Below are positions 10,028 through 20,162 of a stretch of 25,545 nucleotides of DNA, one piece after another (the first letter of the stretch is position 1; every line of letters begins with the position of its first letter). A program made the position numbers and the translations under genes. The stretch is from Macrostomum lignano (Eukaryota): positions 372,226 through 397,770 of the forward strand of contig NIVC01000962.1 in the NCBI GenBank assembly GCA_002269645.1. Reading direction: 5' to 3'. The notes under the pieces are model-generated. The model was not told the origin of the DNA, made no database searches, and worked only from the letters and a program-made list of their open reading frames with translations.

Positions 10028-13000
10028 CTGTGGTTCGGGTGTTGATGCGGGGCTTGTGATGTAGATGCGATTTTGGGGATTTCGAACTCAATCTACCTGG
10101 TATGGGATTGGGATTCTAATGTATCGGATTGGGATTCTAATCTATGGAATTGGGATTCTAATCTATGGGATTGGGATTCTATCTATGGGATTGAGATTCT
10201 AATGTATGGGATTGTGATTCTAATCTATGGGATTGGGATTCTAATGTATCGGATTGGGATTCTAATCTATGGGATTGGGATTTTAATGTATCGGATTGGG
10301 ATTCTAATCTATGGGATCGGGATTCTAATCTATGGGATTGGGATTATAATGTATCGGATTGGGATTCTAATCTATGGGATTGGGATTTTAATGTATCGGA
10401 TTGGGATTCTAATCTATGGGATTGGGATTCTAATCTATGGGATTGGGATTCTAATGTCTGGGATTGGGATTCTAATCTATGGAATTGGGATTCTAATCTA
10501 TGGGATTGGGATTCTATCTATGGGATTGAGATTCTAATGTCTGGGATTGTGATTCTAATCTATGGGATTGGGATTCTAATGTATCGGATTGGGATTCTAA
10601 TCTATGGGATTGGGATTCTAATGTATCGGATTGGGATTCTAATCTATGGGATTGGGATTCTAATCTATGGTATTGGAATTCTAACCAATAGAATTGGGAT
10701 TCTGGAAAGTGACAGGGATAACTTTTTTCACCTTGCCCTCGTGCCAGTAGCACCTGTGCAGCTCTTCAACCCGAGAGGGTGTCACGTAGACTCGCTTGGA
10801 TGGCTGTGAAGTGGTACAAATTTGGCAGAATAAGATACTGCAAAGACAGCAATACTATAATACATCTGACAAAATCTATCTCAAACAATTCCTAACTAAA
10901 TCACGACGCTAAATAATAAAATATCACACTTATCCATTACCAGACACTAATCCATTATTTGACACTAATCCATTATCAGACACTAATCCATTACCAGACA
11001 CTAATCCATTACTAGACACTAATCCATTACTAGACACTAATCCATGATCAGACACTAATCCATTACTAGACACTAATCCATTACTAGACACTAATCCATT
11101 ACTAGACACTAATCCATGATCAGACACTAATCCATTACTAGACACTAATACATTACCAGACACTAATCCATTATCTGACACTAATCCATTACCAGACACT
11201 AATCCATTACTAGACACTAATCCATTACTAGACACTAATCCATTACCAGACACTAATCCATTATCAGACACTAATCCATTATCAGACACTAATCCATTAC
11301 CAGACACTAATCCATTACCAGACACTAATCCATGATCAGACACTAATCCATTACTAGACACTAATCCATTACTAGACACTAATCCATTACCAGACACTAA
11401 TCCATGATCAGACACTAATCCATTACTAGACACTAATCCATTACTAGACACTAATCCATTACTAGACACTAATCCATTACCAGACACTAATCCATTACTA
11501 GACACTAATCCATTACTAGACACTAATCCATTACTAGACACTAATCCATGATCAGACACTAATCCATGATCAGACACTAATCCATTACCAGACACTAATC
11601 CATTACTAGACACTAATCCATTACTAGACACTAATCCATGATCAGACACTAATCCATTATCAGACACTAATCCATTACCAGACACTAATCCATTATCAGA
11701 CACTAATCCATGATCAGACACTAATCCATTACTAGACACTAATCCATGATCAGACACTAATCCATTATCAGACACTAATCCATTACCAGACACTAATCCA
11801 TTACCAGACACTAATCCATTACCAGACACTAATCCATTACTAGACACTAATCCATGATCAGACACTAATCCATTACTAGACACTAATCCATTACTAGACA
11901 CTAATCCATTACCAGACACTAATCCATTACTAGACACTAATACATTACCAGACACTAATCCATTATCTGACACTAATCCATTACCAGACACTAATCCATT
12001 ACTAGACACTAATCCATTACTAGACACTAATCCATTACCAGACACTAATCCATTATCAGACACTAATCCATTACCAGACACTAATCCATTACTAGACACT
12101 AATCCATTACTAGACACTAATCCATTACTAGACACTAATCCATTACTAGACACTAATCCATGATCAGACACTAATCCATTATCAGACACTAATCCATGAT
12201 CAGACACTAATCCATTATCAGACACTAATCCATTACCAGGCACTAATCCATTACCAGACACTAATCCATTACCAGACACTAATCCATTACTAGACACTAA
12301 TCCATGATCAGACACTAATCCATTACTAGACACTAATCCATTACTAGACACTAATCCATTACTAGACACTAATCCATTACTAGACACTAATCCATGATCA
12401 GACACTAATCCATTATCAGACACTAATCCATTACCAGACACTAATCCATTACCAGACACTAATCCATTACCAGACACTAATCCATTACTAGACACTAATC
12501 CATGATCAGACACTAATCCATTATCAGACACTAATCCATTACCAGACACTAATCCATTACCAGACACTAATCCATTACCAGACACTAATCCATTACTAGA
12601 CACTAATCCATGATCAGACACTAATCCATTACTAGACACTAATCCATTACTAGACACTAATCCATTACTAGACACTAATCCATTACCAGACACTAATCCA
12701 TTATTAGATACTAATCCATGATCAGACACTAATCCATTATCAGACACTAATCCATGATCAGACACTAATCCATTACCAGACACTAATTCATTACCAGACA
12801 CTAATCCATTATCAGACACTAATCCATTACTAGACACTAATCCATTACCAGACACTAATCCATCATCTGAAAAAAATGCTCACGTGAAAACTATGCCTGG
12901 CCAGCACTCGACTACCAGCCTGAGGCGGTTTCTCATCGGCGCACTGCATCAGATCCAAAATGGCCAAGCCGTCCTGGCCGAACACTCGAAATACTCGCTT

Positions 13001-16000
13001 CCTACCCGGAATTGTCATCTTCTCAACGTCTTCGCTCAGCTTTATAGTTGGCCGACCGTTTACTTCTACTAATTTGTAGACACAGCCCAGTGCCGGCTGC
13101 TTCTGGCACGTGACCAGGTGAGTACCAATGCCGAAGCTGTCAATCTGATGGCCCTGCTGGTTCAGCGAATGGATCGTGTCCTCGTTTATGTCGTTGCTGG
13201 CCACGATGGTCAGGTGTTCGAACCAGGGCATTTTTAGGCTGGAAAGAAGGGATTTGGGATTTCTGTTGTAGCTGAATGGGATTTGGGATTTCTGTTGTAG
13301 CTTAATGGGATTTAGAATTTCTCTTGTAGCTCAATGGGATTTGGGATTTCTCTTGTAGCTCAATGGGATTTGGGATTTCTGTTGTACATGTAGCTTAATG
13401 GGATTTAGAATTTCTCTTGTAGCTCAATGGGATTTGGGATTTCTGTTGTAGCTCAATGGGATTTGGGATTTCTGTTGTAGCTCAATGGGATTTGGGATTT
13501 CTGTTGTAGCTGAATGGGATTTGGGATTTCTGTTGTAGCTTAATGGGATTTAGAATTTCTCTTGTAGCTCAATGGGATTTGGGATTTCTCTTGTAGCTCA
13601 ATGGGATTTGGGATTTCTGTTGTAGCTGAATGGGATTTGGGATTGCTCTTGTAGCTGAATGGGACTTCGGATTTCTGTTGTAGCTGAATGGGATTTGGAA
13701 TTTCTTTTGTAGCTCAATGGGATTTGGGATTTCTGTTGTAGCTGAATGGGATTTGGGATTTCTAAGGGATTTGGGATTTGTGTTGTAGCTGAATGGGATT
13801 TGGGATTTCTGTTGTAGCTCAATGGGATTTGGGATTTCTGTTGTAGCTGAATGGGATTTGGGATTTCTATGGGATTTGGGATTTGTGTTGTAGCTGAATG
13901 GGATTTGGGATTTCTGTTGTAGCTCAATGGGATTTGGGATTTCTGTTGTAGCTTAATGGGATTTGGAATTTCTCTTGTAGCTCAATGGGATTTGGGATTT
14001 CTGTTGTAGCTCAATCGGATTTGGGATTTCTGTTGTAGCTGAATGGGATTTGGGATTTCTATGGGATTTGGGATTTGTGTTGTAGCTGAATGGGATTTGG
14101 AATTTCTTTTGTAGCTCAATGGGATTTGGGATTTCTGTTGTAGCTGAATGGGATTTGGGATTTCTATGGGATTTGGGATTTGTGTTGTAGCTGAATGGGA
14201 TTTGGGATTTCTCTTGTAGCTCAATGGGATTTGGGATTTCTGTTGTAGCTCAATGGGATTTGGAATTTCTCTTGTAGCTCAATGGGATTTGGGATTTCTG
14301 TTGTAGCTCAATCGGATTTGGGATTTCTGTTGTAGCTGAATGGGATTTGGGATTTCTGTTGTAGCTGAATAGGACTTCGGATTTCTGTTGTAGCTAAATC
14401 GGATTTGGGATTTTTTTGTATTCTAGTTGAATGGGATTTAGGATTTGGGATTTCTTTTGTAGCTGATTGGGATTTGGAATTTCTGCTGTAGCTCAATGGG
14501 ATTTGGGATTTCTGTTGTAGCTCAATCGGATTTGGGATTTCTTTTGTAGCTGAATGGAATTTGGGATTTTTGTTGTAGCTGAATGGGATTTGGAATTTCT
14601 CTTTACATAACTAAACTCGCAGACGTACCTGCCAGCCACCTGTCGAAACAGTTCCCGAACCTGCACAGACAGGTAGGCAAGGTCTCCGCTATCCAGCCTG
14701 ACCCCAATTGGCCGATAGCCGAACTGGTCCAGTGCCAAGGCGACGACTATGAAATTGATTACACCGGATCTGGGTGGGAATAAGTGCATGCGACTATGTT
14801 GACGGTTTTAAGTACTTTTAACTTTGAAATCACATTTTATTACATGCCTTCAGACATGTGAGAGTACATGATTGAATGGAATTTAAAGCAGACGATTGAA
14901 AGGCACCTAAAATTACATGCATAAAGGACTTTAAAAGTACATTATTAAAGCACACAAAAAGTACTTTATTGGGGCGCCTAAAAGTACATTACTAAAGTAC
15001 ATCTAAAAGTACATTCTTAGTAGGGCATCTAAAAATACATTTTAGGACATCTAAAAGTACAGTTCGGAAAATTTACGAGTAGAAAAATTTTAAAAGTAAT
15101 TGTTAGCACACTGAAATTTGACTCCGGATGCCAAATTAGCATTATGTTTTTTTTCCAAGCTGAGTGCTTTTTTATTCAAGTTTCATATCTTCTGCAGTTC
15201 ATATTTCAAACTCCGGCCCGCAAAACCTCTCTATCTGGCCCTTGTGTCCTTTGAAACTTCACAATAATAGCAACATGGGCTGCTTAAGGTTTGTCTCTTT
15301 TCAGCTCTTTTTTCTAATTTTCTCTCTTATCTATTTTCTCTCTTCTCCACCTAATCTATCTGTTCCTTGATGTAAAGTTTTCTGAACCCTGCTCGAAAAA
15401 AGTACAAAAAATCATATATCTTACTTTAAGTAGCTGATAGTCTCTTTAGAAACAATTAGATGCTAAGCATGTGTTTTAAGATTATAATTAAGCTACTAAT
15501 AAAGAAGCAAGTTAACTTAACCAACTAGAACAGAGAAGAATACGATAGCATTTCAAAAAAACTGGTAAAGAGAGGAGAGAATAGAGACAGTGCTTCACCC
15601 TCTCAGACACAATGGTTGAAGAATTGGCTTCCAATGAAACGCGCGCACACACACACTTAAAAGTTTACATCTGCATAGCCGCACAGGGTTTTCTAATTAG
15701 CGCAATAGAGTGAGTGAGACACGGGGCAGCACTCAGTGCTTTGGAATTTTTTTAGTCAAGTCTTTCCTGGGCTCCTTCCCTCCTCCCCCTAGCTAGAGGA
15801 TGTTTAAACTTCCCATAGAAAAGCTGCCTCCAAAACGGAAGGGAAAGTAAAACAGTCTTGAGCTTGGAAGCCGCGTTGCTAATGGCAACAGACAACAACT
15901 AAGAAGTGAATTGTCAACAGAGTTAAGCTGTGGGAGGGGAGAGGGTCATGCGTTTATCGATTTATTAATGATGGCGGTGTTTCTTCAAGAAGTCGATTTG

Positions 16001-19000
16001 CTCTGAACTGAGCATTGGAATCTCGATGGTCACCGCTCTGTCTAGACTGCCTGATTTTCATTCAATACTCTCCCTCACTCTCACTCTCCCTTCTCATTCT
16101 CTCTCACTCTCCCCATATCCCTCTCACTCTCCCTATCTCCCTCTCACTCTCCCCTCTCTCTCCCCATCTCCCTCTCACTCTTCCCCTCTCTCTCCCCGTC
16201 TCCCTCTCACTCTCCCTATCTCCCTCTCACTCTCCCTATCTCCCTCTCACTCTCCCTATCTCCCTCTCACTCTCCCTATCTCCCTCTCACTCTCCCCACC
16301 TCCCTCTCCCCGTCTCCCTCTCACTCTCCCCCTCTCTCTCCCCGTCTCCCTCTCACTCTCCCTATCTCCCTCTCACTCTCCCCACCTCCCTCTCCCCGTC
16401 TCCCTCTCACTCTCTTAATCTCCCTCTCATTCTCCTTATCTCCCTCTCACTCTCCCCATCTCCCTCTCACTCTTCCTATCTTCCTCTCACTCTCCCTATC
16501 TCCCTCTCACTCTCCCCATCTCCCTCTCACTCTCCCCATCTTCCTCTCACTCTCCCTATCTCCTTCTCACTCTCCCCATCTTCCTCTCACTCTCCCTATC
16601 TCCCTCTCACTCTCCCCGTCTCCCTCTCACTCTCCCCGTCTCCTTCTCCCTCTCCCCGTCTCCCTCTCACTCTCTTAATCTCCCTCTCATTCTCCCTATC
16701 TCCTTCTCACTCTCCCCATCTTCCTCTCACTCTCCCTATCTCCCTCTCACTCTCCCCGTCTCCCTCTCACTCTCCCCGTCTCCTTCTCACTCTCCCCGTC
16801 TCCCTCTCACTCTCTTAATCTCCCTCTCATTCTCCTTATCTCCCTCTCACTCTCCCCACCTCCCTCTCCCCGTCTCCCTCTCACTCTCCCCCTCTCTCTC
16901 CCCGTCTCCCTCTCACTCTCCCTATCTCCCTCTCACTCTCCCCACCTCCCTCTCCCCGTCTCCCTCTCACTCTCTTAATCTCCCTCTCATTCTCCTTATC
17001 TCCCTCTCACTCTCCCCATCTCCCTCTCACTCTTCCTATCTTCCTCTCACTCTCCCTATCTCCCTCTCACTCTCCCCATCTCCCTCTCACTCTCCCCATC
17101 TCCCTCTCACTCTCCCCATCTTCCTCTCACTCTCCCTATCTCCTTCTCACTCTCCCCATCTTCCTCTCACTCTCCCTATCTCCCTCTCACTCTCCCCGTC
17201 TCCCTCTCACTCTCCCCGTCTCCTTCTCACTCTCCCCGTCTCCCTCTCACTCTCTTAATCTCGCTCTCATTCTCCCCGTCTCAATCTCACTCTTTCCGGT
17301 CTCCCCCTATCTTTCTTTACCTACTCTCATTCTCTCCGTTTCTATCTCACTAGCCCATTCTCCCTTTCCTCTCTGTCTTTTAGTCTCCCTCTCTCCCCAT
17401 GTTCTCCATTACTTATTTTATCCTTACCCAACCACCCAGCATCTCCAAGCCCAAGCGCCATAGAAAGCATTACATAAGTAGCAAAAACTCACTTGAGCAC
17501 ATTATAGGTGTCAATCAAGGCCAGAAACGAGCCGGGAAAAGCCAAAGCGTAAGCGGCAAAGGCAGTCAACTCGCCAACGTTGACATTGGCAGTTGGCAGG
17601 CCAACTTGAGCCTCAACTGTACGCCGGCACTGATTCACGGCCTCAATAAAATCTCCCAGTTGACCAGTAGTCTTATTCTTGAGCATTCTCTCCTTCACTT
17701 CATCCAAACTATAAAACGAAGTAACGAAAGCGTGCGCGTGGGTGCCTTTAACTGGAATGCCGTATAGTTTCCCAGCTAGCACATTGCTAGTGCCATTGAA
17801 TCCGCCAACAAAACAGTAGCGACTGGCCGACAGAGCGCCGTCCGGTCCTTGAGCCCGGCGAAGGCCAAACTCCAACAGCTGTTTAGTGGGCCCAGCGGCC
17901 AGTCTAAACCTTGCCGCATTGGTAGCCTGCAGGCTGGCAAAGTTAACCAAATTCAACAGGGTGGTCTCCAACAGTTGGCAAACTATTAGCGGGCCTTCGA
18001 CTCGGATTAGCGGCACTTTTGGGAACACAGCGCTGCCCTCTTCCACAGCGTAGAGACTCACGCCTTGGGCGGTGAGGGTGGCTAAGTAGTCGAAAAATTC
18101 CGAATCAGCACTTGGTGGCAGAACAGTCCGAAGGTAGGCAATGTCTGCGCGTGATATTTTGAATAGAAATGGGGTGTACAGAACTTGTATTGAATAGCAA
18201 GTTGTCTTTCTTTTCCATAGTCAGCTTGCATACTCTTTATAACACTTTCTAATCTTGAATTTCCACTCGATAATTGATAAGCTTGATAATTTATAAGCTC
18301 GATAATCGATAAGCTTGATACTTAATATGCTTGATAATTGATAAGCTCGATAATTGATAAGCTCAACAATTGATAAGCTCGATAATTGATAAGCTCAACA
18401 ATTGATAAGCTCGATAATTGATAAGCTCAACAATTGATAAGCTCAACAATTGATAAGCTCGATAATTGATAAGCTCAACAATTGATAAGCTCGATAATTG
18501 ATAAGCTCAACAATTGATAAGCTCGATAATTGATAAGCTCGATAATTGAAAAGCTCGATAATTAATAAGCTCAACAATTGATAAGCTCGATAAATGATAA
18601 GCTCAACAATTGATAAGCTCGATAATTGATAAGCTCGATAATTGAAAAGCTCGATAATTAATAAGCTCAACAATTGATAAGCTCGATAATTGATAAGCTC
18701 AACAATTGATAAGCTCGATAATTGATAAGCTCAGCATTAAATAGGCCTGAAACTTGATAATTTAAACATTTCACGAATTACAAAGGGATTCTAAATCAAC
18801 ATAAAAGCTATGACTGTCAATTAGATTACAAAGAATAGCACTCAATCTCACCTTGTTCTGAATACCGAAATCGCTGAACAAATTTTAGACACTCTTCTAG
18901 ACCAGCAAATAAGGCAAATTCGCCCTGGAATGGACACTTTCGAAAATATAGGTCAAACACAGCTGTGTCATTGACTTTGTTGGCCTTCCAATAGGCATAT

Positions 19001-19158
19001 GCCATGGATATCTGGTAGAAGTCTGATGAAAAAAGGATATCATAAGTATCATTTTTAATAATTAAATAATTACTATAGAATAAATAAGTTGGCACTGAAA
19101 AAACACTTTCAAATAACTTACCAGTAAGCAATGGCTGAATGATATTATTTTGATTCAT
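9842..19158 (-). CDS. NAPRT: Nicotinate phosphoribosyltransferase (Preiss-Handler NAD+ salvage), 7 coding exons, 537 aa
   Basis: Manual splicing of 19158-19122, 19022-18852, 18144-17493, 14769-14629, 13238-12884, 10803-10732 and 10027-9842 gives 1614 nt with GT..AG introns in consistent phase (1,1,2,2,0,0) and no internal stop. The product carries the NAPRT family motifs [54 protein letters not shown] (phospho-His motif), [38 protein letters not shown], and the C-terminal [11 protein letters not shown]. Confidence 0.97.
10072..10703. repeat. 21-bp minisatellite TGGGATTCTAATCTATGGGAT, NAPRT intron 6
   Basis: About 30 units filling almost the whole intron. Confidence 0.95.
10732..10803 (-). 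CDS. NAPRT: NAPRT exon 6 ([24 protein letters not shown])
   Basis: Acceptor cacttcacag|CCA, donor AAG|GTGAAA, 72 nt. It is not in the ORF track in this frame and was found by translation. Confidence 0.9.
10932..12862. repeat. 18-bp minisatellite GACACTAATCCATTAC(C/T)A (about 107 copies), NAPRT intron 5
   Basis: Uninterrupted 18-bp periodicity; variation is concentrated in one 6-nt window. Confidence 0.98.
12884..13238 (-). CDS. NAPRT: NAPRT exon 5 ([16 protein letters not shown]...ARHSFH)
   Basis: Acceptor cttctttccag|C, donor CAC|GTGAGC, 355 nt. Confidence 0.95.
13249..14600. repeat. 29-bp minisatellite GGGATTTCTGTTGTAGCTCAATGGGATTT with 17-bp sub-units, NAPRT intron 4
   Basis: Fills the intron to within about 10 nt of the acceptor and about 30 nt of the donor. 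Confidence 0.95.
14629..14769 (-). CDS. NAPRT: NAPRT exon 4 (SGVINF...GVRLDSGD...VAG)
   Basis: Acceptor ttcccacccag|A, donor GCAG|GTACGT, 141 nt. Confidence 0.95.
14810..15105. repeat. Degenerate AAAAGTAC(ATT) repeat, NAPRT intron 3
   Basis: Recurrent aaagtac motif at irregular spacing. Confidence 0.55.
15875..15889. promoter_or_regulatory. RFX X-box-like palindrome GTTGCTAATGGCAAC
   Basis: Fits GTNRCY-N(0-3)-RGYAAC; lies in the only non-repetitive, GC-richer island of NAPRT intron 3. Confidence 0.35.
16068..17400. repeat. 20-bp polypyrimidine minisatellite CTCCCTCTCACTCTCCC(C/T)AT, NAPRT intron 3
   Basis: About 1.3 kb, mostly C/T on the + strand; internal block duplication (16291 matches 16851). 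Confidence 0.96.
17493..18144 (-). CDS. NAPRT: NAPRT exon 3 ([10 protein letters not shown]...IDTYNVLK)
   Basis: Acceptor cgcgcag|AC, donor CTCAA|GTGAGT, 652 nt; contains EFGLRRAQG and GTHAH. Confidence 0.96.
18266..18733. repeat. 16-bp minisatellite AATTGATAAGCTC(GAT/AAC), NAPRT intron 2
   Basis: About 29 units with two alternating variants. Confidence 0.95.
18852..19022 (-). CDS. NAPRT: NAPRT exon 2 ([13 protein letters not shown]...RFRYSEQ)
   Basis: Acceptor tttttcatcag|AC, donor CAAG|GTGAGA, 171 nt. Confidence 0.95.
19122..19158 (-). CDS. NAPRT: NAPRT coding exon 1 ([12 protein letters not shown])
   Basis: ATG at 19158, donor ACTG|GTAAGT; joins to exon 2 to give the conserved QPLLTDFYQ. 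Confidence 0.85.
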
Positions 19159-19885
19159 AGTTGAAATAGCAGAAATAAATCAATATTACTATGGTTAATT
19201 TTGATTCATAGTAGGTCTGTTTGTATCTAGATGAAAGTAAAATGGACCTATATTTAATAATATAATAAGATAATAAATTTATAATACCTTACACTTAATT
19301 AGAGTTATAAACATGACAAAAATATGTGTCAATGAAGGTTCCATGACTTAAAAAGACACATGCAAAAGACATATTTATTGTAAAGTATGAAGTCTGAACT
19401 GTAAAGTACCCTAAAAAAAATAATCAATATTTAGAGATTTCAAAACATTTTGCACCAATAAAGACACTCATCAAGAATTATCTAAGATCTACTCATCTAA
19501 CTTTTGCTATATAGCCCCTTTATACAGGCCTATGTATCTAGGCTAAAACAAACAATGGCTCATGTTAGACCATAGTTACTCCATAGATCCATAGTTACAC
19601 ATTCAATAATTACTTATAGCTATATACAACTCTTAAAAGAGTCATAGTTATTCCCATTATCGCGCTTGATTGTATTTCTTCACTTTGAAATTCAGAGCAC
19701 TAGGCAGAATGCAGAAATCACAATGTATCAAACAATAAGAGTAATAAACTAGCAATCTTCGCCCCCCGTTGGGGGACATCTGGATAGAATCTCTGTTCTC
19801 TACAAGTAACAAAAAGACAACCAAATAAAGCCTTCACAAAGACGACAGACAAACTGCTCAAATAAAGTGTAATGCAAGAAGAAAT

Positions 19886-20065
19886 CATCCCAAGACAGCA
19901 AGCATCCCCCAGATAGCAAGTACCCCCAGATAGCAAGCATCCCCTAGATAGCAAGCATCCCCTAGATAGCAAGCATCCCCAGATAGCAAGCATCCCCAGA
20001 TAGCAAGCATCCCCCAGATAGCAAGCATCCCCCAGATAGCAAGCATCCCCAAATAGTAAGCATCC
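19886..20065. repeat. 17-18-bp minisatellite GATAGCAAGCATCCCC(C)A
   Basis: About 10 units upstream of NAPRT exon 1. Confidence 0.92.
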
Positions 20066-20162
20066 ACCATACAATAAGTAGCTAGTGCTACAATTTCCTT
20101 AGCTCTATAGTGGCTCCTTTAAAATTAGTATGACACTTACTTTTACGTTTGAAATTGTGTAA

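Noticed and set aside
10008-10032. GATGTCGGAACTT shared between the NAPRT exon 7 start (minus strand) and a unit of the 964-2016 array (+ strand)
   Set aside because: A match of about 13 nt on opposite strands 9 kb apart; probably coincidental, with no flanking homology.
16015-16818. 267-aa and 130-aa S/P/L-rich ORFs
   Set aside because: Pyrimidine-only repeats cannot encode stops, so long ORFs are expected there.
19718-20074. 118-aa minus-strand ORF upstream of NAPRT
   Set aside because: Half of it is the 17-18-bp array; the rest has no NAPRT-like or other recognisable sequence and is at most 5' UTR.
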